From Macrostomum lignano (lineage: Eukaryota): DNA of 64,000 nt. The translations under genes and the position numbers were made by a program. The notes beneath the pieces were generated by a model. It saw nothing but the letters and a program-made list of their open reading frames with translations, had not been told where the DNA came from and made no database searches. Of the stretch, positions 41,059-62,394 are shown piece after piece. The DNA lies in NCBI GenBank assembly GCA_002269645.1, contig NIVC01000012.1:1488001-1552000 (forward strand), given 5' to 3'. Numbering within the stretch: position 1 is the stretch's first letter; each line of letters opens with the position of its first letter.

Positions 41059-41983
41059 GACATTCTTTCATTTTACGATCCCTATTCCTAGGCACTTTTG
41101 TTATATGATCCCTGTGTAAAAGACACAGTCAAAGAATAGAAACCAGACAAAATGTTATCCATGAGTCAAAGGCATTGCATTAAGGCAGTTTCAATTGATG
41201 TCTATTTGAAGTGGAGTTCAATCAAAAAGAGGCAATCAAACAAAGCCTTGACAAGATTCTTGGCAAGAGTAAAGACGTCTCTATGATCATTTAAATGGAG
41301 GAAATATATGCAAAGGGATTAGATAATAAAACTTGGGCTTTTTATCAATTTTGTAATACGATCCCCCAAGTCAAAAATTTGTTTCCAGGGGATTGTATAT
41401 CAAAAATGAAATCAAGGTATCGCACTTGTAGATGAAGTAAAGATAGGGCCTAGTTCATTCTATCTAATAATTCCATACTTGACCTCCCTCATTTTTGTTT
41501 TATAATACCCTTACAATATGGACAACATTGTTTCACGCTATTGGGGATTGTATAACAAAAGTGAGGGGGGGTTAAAAAAGAGAAGGGAGGGACACCAAAA
41601 AAATCACTACTTACTTTTGTGGAATCTCTATCAGGTAGCCTAGATAATAGGTTAGACAAGGTATACAATCCCCTGCAAACTAGGCCTAATTTTCAACTTG
41701 GGGCATCATATTACGAAATTGATAAAAAGCTAAGTTTTGTTATCCAATCCCTTTCCACACATTTCCTTCATTTGAATGATTGTTTAACAAAAATGAATTT
41801 AGATAGGCCTATGTCCCTACTCTTACTAAGAACTGTGGCTTACGATGAATTAGCGTAATTGCACTTCAAATATACTCCATTGATATGCAAACAAGACTCT
41901 TATCTTTTACATAGGGGATTGTATAACAAAAGTGCCATGTTCTATAGAACAAATGTAAGGGGATCATAAAACAAAAGAATGCC
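41059..41983. mobile_element. Non-autonomous TIR element, 925 bp, 8-bp TSD (superfamily uncertain; Merlin/MULE-like G-start)
   Basis: Ends GACATTCTTT...AAAGAATGCC, TSD CTTATAAC at 41051-41058 and 41984-41991, internal motif TTTTGTTATACAATCCCC repeated in both orientations. Confidence 0.72.
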
Positions 41984-43529
41984 CTTATAACAATAAAGCC
42001 TTCAGTCTATAGAGAAAATTAAATAATATTTTTAATATCTACTAGTTATATTATTTAAAAGAGAACCTAAACTTTCTATTTTGAATAGGCTAAATAGATG
42101 CTACTATTTCTAGTTCCATTTGCCTCAATATAGTCAGAATCATATTAAAAACTTCCTTATTCCGTCCTTATTTTCATTGGTTACATTGCTATATAGGTAG
42201 GCATAGCTATATGTAATGTATTTAAAATTACATTTTTATTGTTATATTTTGCATTTTAACCTTAATTAGTAGGCCCTAGATTAGATTCAACAATCTACAA
42301 TTGATTTTGTAATTTACCATTCCGCTACAAATTTTACATTTTACCCTGCTATTTCACCCCAATTCTGCTGCAGATTCCACATTTAACTGGCTACCAGATT
42401 CACTTGCACCCAATACTCAAATGAAAAAATTATACTTTTATTATATAGGCCTAGTCAAACCTTGTCTAACTGATAGTAATACTAATAGAACAATTAAGAT
42501 CAACAGTTTCATTCAATTCTTTAATGCTTCAAACTAGGCCTACTATGCTTTCCACTTTCCAGGTCTTCTAACATTTTAATAAATTCTTTCCAAAATCTAA
42601 ACAAAACAAATTTCAAGTGTGGATTTAACTATTGCGCATTATTTTATAAAATTTGTGACCATCGAACGAAACGAATCACAATTCACCATCGTTGCGATGC
42701 GTGTTTTGAAAAAAAGGCACTTCAAGTTTTTAGAAAAAAGTTTATATTTAAACAAAGCGTAAACCTAAATATATTTTGTACATACTAACAAGCAAAACAT
42801 TTTAATTTAACTTCTTATTTTGTCAAAATAATTTTAATTCTTATCATTTTATTACCTTTTAAATATTTTGAAGGTAGCATTCTTTCCTTTTTAATTTGTC
42901 ATCTGTTAGAACATTTTTGATGCAAAATTTATACATTTTCATATTCTAGAACTCTAAACTTTTCTCTATATTTGCTGCAGCTTGGAGTGAAGAAATACTC
43001 TTAGTTTTGTAGAAATGCTACTTTTTGATCAGTAATACTTTAAGCTTTAAAGTTATGAAGTCGTATAGTTCTCAATTTGTAGCATAAACTCGTTTCACAT
43101 TTATTTTACTTGAATTTACTTATGGTATCGTAAAAGCTGGCAGATAATTTTAACATGTGGTTTAAAGTCTCAATTTATAAACTTAAGGCTACGTTATTAA
43201 TTTATAATAAATCTTTTCTTTTGAACTAAGTTTTACTGGAAATTTAATATTTATACCTTTTCAATTTGTTGGTATACAGAACAATTTACTATAGCCATTA
43301 TGACTGGCTAAAACATTTTTGTTTATATCTAGCAAGTTGTGTTTATCGCCCACATATTTTCTAATTTTTACTATTTTGGCAGATCTAGCTAATATTTAGT
43401 CTGATACTTTTTTTATATGCATTTTATATGTTCTTAAATTCTGTTTAACTGCTTCATTACTATTTTAAGACAAAAATATTTTTAAGGTCTAATCTAGGCT
43501 CTCAATTTTTTTCTTATTCATGCAGCAAC

Positions 43530-49279
<5,750 letters not shown>

Positions 49280-50409
49280 CCGGCAGTGTCTTTAATTACT
49301 TTACAATTTGTTAATTTTGTTTCAAGCTTTTTTCAAACTCTTGTTCTGCTTGCTATTCAATTTAAAACAAATAGATAATAGTGTCTAAGTATCTTCAATT
49401 AGAACGGACATAAATAAGGACAATGCACCATTGTCGAAGTAAGTTTTAAATAATGGAGCTTAATTTAGTTTTATGGATGGTGATATTTTGAAAAATCTAT
49501 CTTACTCTAATTGTTAGGACTGACCCTGAGTTGAAGATACTTGAAGCCAAGATATTCAGGAGTCCAAGTGACAGGTGAGAATTTTTCAAGCGTTTCTTGT
49601 TTGTCTTGGGATTATAGACAAAACAAATGTAGCTCGTTCATCAGCAAGTGTACTTCTTCTTGTCATTTAAAAACTCTATAAGTGGCTTCTGCTCTTGCGA
49701 ACAGAGTCTTTATATTGATTCTTGAGAAAGCAGAAATAATTGCTAATTCACAGAATTCAGCAGATTTCTACTTATTATCACTTTTCCAGTTGTCACTTGT
49801 TAAATTGTCAGTTGTCACTTGTAACCTGTTTTTTCTTTAAAAATTATAATTTGTCTTCTCCTTTTTGTGCTGATTTTGTATGGCTTTTAGCAGCACAAGC
49901 CTTGCGAAAATTCAATCGAAATTAAATGTCAAATGTAACTGTGAAAACTGCACAACTGTCTCTTGGATTTAAAACTGATGTTTTTTGCACAGGAGGATTT
50001 AAAAAAATTAAATAAATAAAAGGTTCCTATTCTATATACTTTCGTAATAGTTGCCAGATATTCACATTATAACAGAACGCGTCGCTTCGTTTGTTTTATT
50101 CATAGTTCGACGAAGTAAGACGAGGTTTTCGACGAATTTCCGGTACTAAATGAAAATAAATTTATAAATTGTCAAGTACTTGAAACTAGGATGCAATGCT
50201 ATGTCGAAAAAGAACTTTTAGCTTAGCATGTAATAAACTGAGTCTTTGCAGCAAGAGACGCCTTCAAAGGTCACAAGACAAGGCCAATGCACGAACGAAA
50301 GAAACAGCGCAAAAAGACAATTCATGCACATACGCATAAAAATAGTTCAGTTTTTTCCCTTTGAGATACCGTTACAATAAACTTAAATGTAACTTAAGCA
50401 TAGATTAGA

Positions 50410-50572
50410 CTAGCAATGTAGTGCCCCCATTCGGGGCGCCCAAAAAGCAAAGAGCAAAATTAAATTATTAATGCAAATCCATCAAAAAGCACATTTTCTT
50501 AAGAATCAATTTCTTCGGTTTTATAAATCACCTTATTCAAGTAAAATTGTCACGGACAAAGATGTTTGCAAT
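50410..50572 (-). mobile_element. Helitron-like 3' end fragment
   Basis: Minus strand has a GC hairpin (cgccccgaatggggg) then ...TTGCTAG|T; inverted, diverged match to 56777-56945. Confidence 0.55.
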
Positions 50573-51108
50573 GAATCTATTCTTTCTAAAAGTAACAAAA
50601 AGACAACAACGAAATATAGCCTTCACAGAAAACAGGCATTCCCCCTAAATAGAAAGCATCCCCAAGATAGCAAGCATCACGTACCCGAATACAATAGCAA
50701 GCACCCCCAATAGCTACATATAGATTTGATTGGACACGAGTAGAGGATAATACAATAAATTCAAAAAATATAGAGAAGAATTCAACACCGTCACATAGGC
50801 GAAGAATTATATGGATTAAACAGAAAATGCAAGCAAACCACTGGACTCAGTGCGGTAGCTCACTCAAACATAGTTCACGCTTCCGTTTATATAGTCCTTA
50901 AAATAAGATTACCGTACGATATTTTACAGAGAAATATTATAAAAGAGCATACGTATAAAGTTAAACAAGAGTCTGATGCAAAAATCTCTTATTAATATTT
51001 TCAATCAATTCAAACATCTTCAACAGACGCGCCGAACAATTTTACTTTTGAAAATTTTACGCGCTTTTACGAATAATATTCAACGACACCGTACAACGAT
51101 TATTTATT

Positions 51109-51876
51109 TTAGAACACAAGTTGACACTCGCAGATGTATTTTAATACATGACTGCAGTCGCCGTCATCAATTCCGATCATTTGATTGCTACCAGCGTTGG
51201 CGCATCCTTGTCTGGGCAAGCCAAAGTTCGGTCTGCCCGGCTCCCACACGTCGGCTTGGATGCTCTCGTTGCACGCGCCCCAGATCCAGCCTTCAGTCAT
51301 GCTACCCAAACCTGGCATCTGGTAGCCTCCCAGGAACAAGCTCTCAATCGGAACGTTCGACACGTTCTTGATCCACATGAGGTGGCGAGACTCTTCGGTG
51401 TCCAGAGCGTCCGCGAACTTCGACAGGCCGGCCTCCTCGCCGCATTTCTCATTGGCGTCGGCCCAGTTGGCCGCGGTCGAGACCGACACCTTGTAGGCCG
51501 TGCCGTATTGAGCGAACTCGTATCCAGGAGGACACAAGCGACCCGCCGCTACTCCGGCCATTGATCTCACGTACATGGTCACCAGGTGAGCACAGTTAGG
51601 CACTGACTGTACTCGGTGACTGCATTTGTCGAACAGGAACAGCTTGCAGACACAGTCGCCAGAGGGCAGCGTGAAGGCCTGGCATTTGGGAGTCTTGCTA
51701 CACAGGTAACTACAGGACATCGGATCACAAGAGCCCCACACAATGCTAGTGAACTCAGGGCGAACACAGTCAGCACCAGTGGTCTTGTGGAAGGCGGACT
51801 TCTGTATCATGCAAGCAGCAGCAGCGGTCGCAGCCACACAGAGTGTTAGAAGGTGCCACTGAGAGCGAGGAAGCAT
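51109..51876 (-). CDS. Secreted PAN/apple-like + C-type lectin domain protein, single exon, 255 aa
   Basis: Hydrophobic signal peptide; CSYLCSKTPKCQAF..C..C pattern; CTLD motifs WADANEKC, LFLGG, WIW, WEPGRPN..GC..DDGDC..KYICE. Confidence 0.8.
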   Translation of the reverse strand: MLPRSQWHLLTLCVAATAAAACMIQKSAFHKTTGADCVRPEFTSIVWGSCDPMSCSYLCSKTPKCQAFTLPSGDCVCKLFLFDKCSHRVQSVPNCAHLVTMYVRSMAGVAAGRLCPPGYEFAQYGTAYKVSVSTAANWADANEKCGEEAGLSKFADALDTEESRHLMWIKNVSNVPIESLFLGGYQMPGLGSMTEGWIWGACNESIQADVWEPGRPNFGLPRQGCANAGSNQMIGIDDGDCSHVLKYICECQLVF

Positions 51877-52714
51877 GTCGGTAGCTAATTCGCAGCAGTG
51901 CTCGTATAAGTTTCTAAGCTCCTTCGCACTTGCTATTTGCTTCCTTGGAGACTTGAGGCTGAGTTAAAGTCTATATACATGCAGTTTTGTTGTACCTGAC
52001 TACAGTGAGGGGTGACAAAAGAAGTTTCCTAGCCGGTTTCCATCGCCGTGATGTTGTAGCTGCCCCCCCCTGAATACACGTGACAGAATTTACTCGGTTT
52101 CCTTGAGCTATCGATTATTTACTTTCCCTGCGCGATCCATCTCCGGATTCAAACGAAAACTGTAGTGTGTTTTAACTCCTGCTGGATTCATTGTAGCTTC
52201 CGTTGCGATCTTTTTTGTCTAGCAGGTCCGTTTTGCTTGCTTCTCCAGACAGCTTTCGTAGACAAAGTCGGGCTATTCAGCTTTGTGCGTTTTACGAGCG
52301 TACAAAAAGAAGCTTGCAGTCTTTGCCGGTCGATTGACCCGTTCAAGAAGAATAATACAACGCGTCGCTTCGGCAGTAGCTTAGAGCCTGCCTACTGCTG
52401 TTCACCTCTCCCTAGAAAAAGAAATACACGCCTGAACCGCTGCTTCGGCAGGCGATTCAGCTAGCCACGTCTGTGCTCAACTTGCAGGTGTCATAGATGA
52501 GTCACAGTTCAAGGTTTCACTTAAACGAATGTAAGAGTTGAGGTTGTAACTTAAAACAAGCTTCGACAATTGCATGTCGATCGAATTTTGGTCAGATCGA
52601 ATATTTGGTCTGCGGTCGTAGATCGTAGTGAGTGTCGTCAGCGCGTCCTCAGGCCTGAGACCTTCGAGCTCCAGCTACCATGCGAGCGTACTCGTAACTG
52701 TACTCATAAAAATG

Positions 52715-53157
52715 GAAGGCCCATTGCGCGTCCCAACGCCTGTAGATCCAGGCTCTCTGTGCGTCCTAACGCCTGTAGATCCAGGCTCTACTCTGTGCGT
52801 CCCAACGCCTCTGGATCCAGGATCTACTCTGTACGTCCCAACGCCTGTAGATCCATGCAGGCTCTGCTTTGTGCGTCCCAACGCCTGTAGATCCAGGCTC
52901 TACTCTGTGCGTCCCAACGCCTGTAGATCCATGCAGGCTCTAATCTGTGCGTCCCAACGCCTGTAGATCCAGGCTCTACTCTGTGAGTCCCAACGCCTGT
53001 AGATCCATGCAGGTTCTACTCTGTGCGTCCCAACGCCTGTAGATCCATGCAGGTTCTACTCTGTGCGTCCCAACGCCTGTAGATCCATGCAGGCTCTACT
53101 CTGTGCGTCCCAACGCCTGTAGATCCATGCAGGCTCTACTCTGTGCGTCCCAACGCA
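52715..53157. repeat. 36/40-bp minisatellite (ctctgtgcgtcccaacgcctgtagatcc(atgc)aggctcta)n
   Basis: Direct. Confidence 0.9.
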
Positions 53158-54049
53158 ATGGGGCTGGGGGCCCGAAACGACCCCCGTTAATACATGCGAA
53201 GGGTAAATAATCTTCTAAGTTGACTTCTGCTTCAGATCAGCGTCAAATTTAAATCGATTGATTGCTAAATCTCACTTTTGGGGGAACTATATAATCAATA
53301 GTTTATAAAAAAATTGAACCACACTCCTATAAACTACTTAAACTTGGTAGAATTTTTAACAGACGAAGATATCCATATACTAAAAATGGTCTGTCGGTAT
53401 GTGTGTGTGTGTATGTGTGTGTGTGTGATCGATTTTAGCAAAAACGGCTCAACCGATTTTCTTCGAACTTGCACTGTTCGATCAGAAATTTTCCCGTGAC
53501 AGTACATGCATCGTGGCTAAGAAATTGCTTGATGCTAAAGGGATTAAATATTCGAAAAACATGCTTTTTTGCAAAGGTCAAGCAGCTCTTTCGACTTGAA
53601 ATGCATCGTAAGAATGCTAGCAGAAAAACTGACTGGTTGAATTCTGATTCTGAAATAGATTGCATCACAATACACTTTATTTATCGTCTGTGTACTGGCT
53701 GAATTTGACACTCAATTGAATTGCGTCACAGCTTTGAGTGTGAAAGCATAGCGCAGTACTGAATTTATATTACGTAACCATATTGTAAACTTTCATAGAC
53801 ACTGGTACTGACTTGCCTAAGAAATTGATTATGTCATAACTGCTTCGTGAGACTTTTTACTCTACCTGACTTGGTGTGAGTGTTGAATTATATAAGTGGT
53901 ACAACATCACTGATAACTTCGATGAGAGCTAGCCTAGAGCTGAACAGACCAGACTGCTAATGCAGCGACCTAGGTTCGAATCTAAGTAGTTTAAAAGTAG
54001 TAATGTAAATTTTTTTATTAAAAGCTTTTATTAAAGGACTAAATAAAAA

Positions 54050-55920
54050 CACTTAGATTACTGCACTCGATAAGCCAAGGATTATTGCTATTAATAAACC
54101 AAGGACTACTGCACTCGATAAACCAAGGACTATTGCTCTTGGCAAACCAAGGATTACTGCACTCAAGAAGCCAAGGATTATTGCTATTAATAAACCAAGG
54201 ATTACTGCACTTGGAAAACCAAGGATTACTGCACTCGATAAACCAAGGACTATTGCTCTTGGCAAACCAAGGATTACTGCACTCAGGAAGCCAAGGATTA
54301 TTGCACTTGGAAAACCAAGGATTACTGCACTCGATAAACCAAGGACTATTGCTCTTGGCAAACCAAGGATTACTGCACTCAAGAAGCCAAGGATTATTGC
54401 TATTAATAAACCAAGGATTACTGCACTTGGAAAACCAAGGATTACTGCACTCGATAAACCAAGGACTATTGCTCTTGGCAAACCAAGGATTACTGCACTC
54501 AAGAAGCCAAGGATTATTGCACTTGGAAAACCAAGGATTACTGCACTCGATAAACCAAGGACTATTGCACTTGATAAACCAAGGAATATTGCACTTGATA
54601 GGCCAAGGATTACTGCACTTGATAAACCAAGGATTATTGCACTTGATAGGCCAAAGATTACTGCGCTTGATAAACCAAGGATTATTGCACTTGATAAACC
54701 AAGGATTATTGCACTTGATAAGCCAAGGATTACTGCGCTTGATAAACCAAGGATTATTGCACTTGATAAACAAAGGATTATTGCACTTGATAAACAAAGG
54801 ATTATTGCACTTGATAAACAAAGGATTATTGCACTTGATAAACCAAGGATTATTGCACTTGATAAGCCAAGGATTATTGCACTTGATAAGCCATGGATTA
54901 TTGCACTTGATAGTAAAGAATGTTGCACTTGATAAGCCAAGGATTAATGCACTGGATTATTCAAGGATTATTGATATTAATAAACCAAGGACTACTCCAC
55001 TCGATAAACCAAGGATTATTGCTCTTAATAAACCAAGGATTACTGCACTTGGAAAACTAAGGATTACTGCACTCGATAAACCAAAGACTATTGCACTTGA
55101 TAAACCAAGGATTATTGCACTTGATAGGCCAAGGATTACTGCACTTGATAAACCAAGGATTATTGCACTTGATAGGCCAAAAATTACTGCGCTTGATAAA
55201 CCAAGGATTATTGCACTTGATAAACCAAGGATTATTGCACTTGATAAGCCAAGGATTATTGCACTTGATAAACCAATGATTATTGCAGTTGATAAGCCAA
55301 GGATTATTGCATCTGATAAACCAAAGATTATTGCACTTGATAAACCAAGGATTATTACACTTGATAAACCAAGGATTATTGCACTTGATAAACCAAGGAT
55401 TATTGCACTTGATAGGCCAAGGATTACTGCACTTGATAAACCAAGGATTATTGCACTTGATAGGCCAAAGATTACTGCGCTTGATAAACCAAGGATTATT
55501 GCAGTTGATAAGCCAAGGATTATTGCACTTGATAAACCAAGGATTATTTCACTTGATAAACCAAGGATTATTGCACTTGATAAACAAATATTGCACTTGA
55601 TAAACCAAGGATTATTGCACCTGATAAGCCAAGGATTACTGCTCTAGATAAACCAAGGATTATTGCACTTAATAAACCAAGGATTATTGCACTTAATAAA
55701 CCAAGGATTATTGCACTTGATAAACCAAGGATTATTGCACTTGATAAACAAAGGATTATTGCACTTGATAAACCAAGGATTATTGCACTTTATAAGCCAA
55801 AGATTACTGCACTTGATAAACCAAGGATTATTGCACTTGATAAACCAAGGATTATTGCACTTGATTAATCAAGGATTATTGCTATTAATAAACCAAGGAT
55901 TATTGCACTAGCTGAGAAGC
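54050..55920. repeat. 24-bp satellite (ttgcacttgataaaccaaggatta)n
   Basis: Direct; source of the 260-520 aa pseudo-ORFs. Confidence 0.95.
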
Positions 55921-56089
55921 TGATTACTGCGCTGTCTAAAAAAGAGATTATTGCGCTCGCTGAGACGTGGATTGTTGCACAACCTGAGAAAGCGATTATT
56001 GCATTAGCGGAAGTAACATTTGCACTAGCCACTTGCTGTCTCGTGGATGCTTGCTCTCGAGGGGGGATACTTGCTATTTGGGAGAGGGG

Positions 56090-56665
56090 GTACTGGCTAC
56101 ATGCATGGGATTCTTTCTATCCAGGGATGCTTGCTATTCAGGGATTCTTGCTATCTGCAGGATGCTTGCTATTCAGGGATTCTTGCTATCTGCAGGATGC
56201 TTGCTATCTGGGTGGATGCTTCTATAATATCTGGGGGGTGCTTGCTATCTGCAGAATGCTTCTATAATATCTGGGGGTGCTTGCTATCTGCAGAATGCTT
56301 CTATAATATCTGGGGGTGCTTGCTGTCTGCAGAATGCTTCTATAATATCTGGGGGGTGCTTGCTATCTGCAGAATGCTTCTATAATATCTGGGGGTGCTT
56401 GCTATCTGCAGAATGCTTCTATAATATCTGGGGGTGCTTGCTATCTGCAGAATGCTTCTATAATATCTGGGGGGTGCTTGCTATCTGCAGAATGCTTCTA
56501 TAATATCTGGGGGTGCTTGCTATCTGGGTGGATGCTTCTATAATATCTGGGGGTGCTTGCTATCTGGGTGGATGCTTCTATAATATCTGGGGGGTGCTTG
56601 CTAATCTGCAGATGCTTGCTATCTGTGGTGATTCTTGCTATGAGCATTAGAGGATGCTTGCTATC
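56090..56665. repeat. ~38-bp minisatellite (gggtgcttgctatctgcagaatgcttctataatatctgg)n
   Basis: Direct. Confidence 0.9.
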
Positions 56666-57402
56666 TGCGATTGTTCACTTTTGGAGGGGGTTGCTTGCTG
56701 TCTTGGGAATATTTTCTATTTAGGGAAACGATATTTTGTTGACTGTTTGTTAATTTTAGAGAAAAAGTGATTTTTTAATTTTGCAAACATCTTAGTCCGT
56801 GACAATTTTACACGAATAAGGTGATTTTTAAAATGTGAAGAAGGAATTAGTGTTTAAGAAAATGTGTTTTTTTATTGTTTTCCATGAACTATTTTTGCTC
56901 CTTTCTTATTGGGCGCCCCGAAGGGGGGCCGCACTAGATTGCTAGTTTTTACTAAAAGTAGCATCATAAAACATTATTAAATACACTCATACTATTGCAA
57001 AAGTACATTCAAGACAAATCATACATTACGAATCGAAGTAAGGAAAAAAGATGGAGTATTAAGGCAAGTCACGTGATCGACGCAGCTCAGAGTCCATGGA
57101 GTCCATGGAGGGCGTATTTAAATTATGCAAATGGTGCAAATTTCGCAGCGGGATAGGAAATTTTCAGCTTCTTACAGCTCAGAGCACCTCAGTGGTGCAG
57201 GAAAATTGGCCGGAAGGTTGAAGCCCCCAAGTCACAGAGACTGTACATGCCTGACGATTCGAAACTGATGCCTGCTGTACACCCTGCGTGAGCGTGTGTA
57301 TGAGTGCGTGCCTGTGTACAGCTTGCATGTGCGCAGGACTCACACAGTGCTAAGGACGGAATGGACAGAGTTTTTCTTTGATTTGCCTTGAATTGCCTGC
57401 AC

Positions 57403-59799
<2,397 letters not shown>

Positions 59800-60014
59800 C
59801 CTGCAAGAGTCGGTGCAGATGCACTTCACTGTACTTTATCCTGTTATATTCTACTCTACTCATTCTCTACTCTACTCTGCTCTACTAAATACTAATCTAT
59901 TCTACTCTTTTCTACACCGTTCTACTCTACTCTACGAGTACTGGATTCTAGAGTATTCTGGCGGGGGTTTGAACATAGACTATACAGTCTATCTATCATG
60001 CATAAGTGCATACA

Positions 60015-60665
60015 ACATACTCTACTCTACTCTACGCCACTTTACCCTACTCCACTCTACTCCACTCTACTCCACTCTACTCCACTCTACTCTATTCCAC
60101 TCTACTCTTCTCCACTCTACTCTACTCGACTCTACTCTACTCTACGCCACTCTACCCTACTCCACTCTACTCCACTCTACTACAATTTACTCCACTCTAC
60201 TCTACTCTACTCTACTCTACTCTACTCTACTCTACTCTACTCTACTCTACTCTACTCTACTCTACTCTACTCTACTCTACTCCACTCTACCCTACTCTAC
60301 TCTACTCCACTCTACTCCACTCTACTCTACTCTACTCTACTCCACTCTTCTCCACTCTACTACAATCTACTCCACTCTACTCGACTCTACTCTACTCCAC
60401 TCTACTCTACTCTACTCTACTCTACTCTACTCTACTCTACTCTACTCTACTCTACTCTACTCTACTCTACTCTACTCTACTCTACTCTACTCTACTCTAC
60501 TCTACTCTACTCTACTCTACGCCACTCTACCCTACTCTACTCTACTCCACTCTACTCTACTCTACGCCACTCTACCCTACTCCACTCTACTCTACTCCAC
60601 TTCTCTCTACTTTACTCTATTCTGCTTTATTCTACTCTATTCTAATATACTATAATCTACTTTAC
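60015..60665. repeat. (CTCTA)n pentanucleotide repeat
   Basis: Direct. Confidence 0.93.
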
Positions 60666-61514
60666 TCAAATCCATTACGTTCTTTTTCACTGACAGTCTT
60701 GTGAATGCGAAACAACAGAATTAAAAAAAGAAAGAATTGCTCAACTTTTTAGTTTTTAAAATGATAAAAACACTATAAATGGCTTACTTACTTACCGTTG
60801 GTTGCTGAAATATTTTCTGTACATATTTTTATAATAATAAATATAAAAACTTTCTTTATAATCTGAGTTAAGTATTGTCAAGTTTCGAGGGTTCCTGAAA
60901 GTCAATGCGAATTGGACTCTGTAAGCGAGCTGGTAGGGCAGTGCAACTGAAAACTCTGCCTGCTCTGCTCCTAACTAGTTTATTATGCACTGTGGCGCTC
61001 TGCAGGGGATTCTCTCAGGATGTCATCCATCGTGCATGCCATAGTGCATAAATTTTTGGGGCAGAAGTTAAGCTATTAGCCAAGGTGGCCCAGAACGAGA
61101 ACTTGGAGAGGCACCTCTTCGTTATTTCCTTATTGAAGTTTAATTTCTTGTGGAACTGGGCTTATCGTGTCATGCAGCGGGTGTCGCAACACATCAACTT
61201 CAACTATGGCATCCTGAATTTGGACCACAGCTTTTATTCCAAGCTTGATGTGCATGTAGAATGTGGTAGCTACTCCAGATTCTTGATCTGGATCGCCTGG
61301 GACCTGTTCAGCTAGGGACGCAGTCAAGTGAGACAATTGAGAACAATGAGGCAGTTGTACTCAGGCAGCGCAATGTCTCTGAAAGCAGCCAGGATGGATG
61401 GTCACGCACTCCTCTATTGATTAGCACGTAAACTCGTTTAGCCGGTAAAGTACGCGTGTATATTTCTCAAGATTAAAATATGGTTAAAAACTCAATTTAC
61501 GAAGTTGCAATTTA

Positions 61515-62345
61515 CCGGCATGAGATACCGGTAGTAGTGCATGAGATACCGGTTTTAGTGCATGCGATACCGGTTGTAGTGCATGAGATACCAGTTGTAG
61601 TGCATGAGATACCGGTTTTAGTGCATGAGATACCGGTTGTAGTGCATGAGATACCGGTTTTAGTGCATGAGATAACGGTTGTAGTGCATGAGATACCAGT
61701 TGTAGTGCATGAGATAACGGTTGTAGTGCATGAGATAACGGTTGTAGTGCATGAGATACCAGTTGTAGTGCATGAGATACCGGTTGTAGTGCATGAGATA
61801 ACGGTTTTAGTGCATGAGATACCGGTTGTAGTGCATGAGATAACGGTTGTAGTGCATGAGATACCAGTTGTAGTGCATGAGATAACGGTTGTAGTGCATG
61901 AGATAACGGTTGTAGTGCATGAGATACCGGTTGTAGTGCATGAGATACCGGTTTTAGTGCATGAGATACCAGTTGTAGTGCATGAGATACCGGTTGTAGT
62001 GCATGAGATACCGGTTGTAGTGCATGAGATACCGGTTGTAGTGCATGAGATAACGGTTGTAGTGCATGAGATAACGGTTGTAGTGCATGAGATAACGGTT
62101 GTAGTGCATGAGATACCAGTTGTAGTGCATGAGATACCGGTTGTAGTGCATGAGATACCGGTTGTAGTGCATGAGATACCGGTTGTAGTGCATGAGATAA
62201 CGGTTGTAGTGCATGAGATACCGGTTGTAGTGCATGAGATAACGGTTGTAGTGCATGAGATAACGGTTGTAGTGCATGAGATACCAGTTGTACATGAGAT
62301 ACTGGTTGTAGTGCATGAGATACCGGTTGTAGTGCATGAGATACT
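61515..62345. repeat. 21-bp minisatellite (gagataccggttgtagtgcat)n
   Basis: Direct. Confidence 0.95.
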
Positions 62346-62394
62346 GCTTTTACTACTTAGATTACTTAGTGTACTCTATAAGAAAATAAGACAG

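Larger units (their letters stand above)
53372..56945 (+). mobile_element. Candidate non-autonomous Helitron/Helentron carrying internal tandem arrays
   Basis: 5' A|TCCATATACT then (GT)n and aaaaacggctcaaccgatttt; 3' hairpin ccccgaagggg then CTAG|T at 56942-56946. Linkage of the two ends is inferred. Confidence 0.45.

Noticed and set aside
42680-42710. Possible RFX X-box upstream of ciliary gene IFT81 (gttgcgatgc)
   Set aside because: Only one half-site matches, and it is about 830 bp from the ATG.
53930-53990. GGTTCGAATC B-box-like sequence
   Set aside because: No convincing cloverleaf; at most a degenerate SINE remnant.
54039-55911. 520-aa LLHLINQG/ALDKPRII ORF resembling an LRR protein
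   Set aside because: A 24-bp unit without stops in several frames on both strands, with no unique flanking domain or splice support.
59800-59829. ORF-track extension of the GT32 N-terminus (MKCICTDSCR)
   Set aside because: Starts at a non-ATG codon and spans a cttgcag acceptor; ATG 59799 is more plausible.
61085-61336. Short overlapping ORFs upstream of GT32 paralog 1
   Set aside because: No recognisable domain in any frame, so they cannot be supported.
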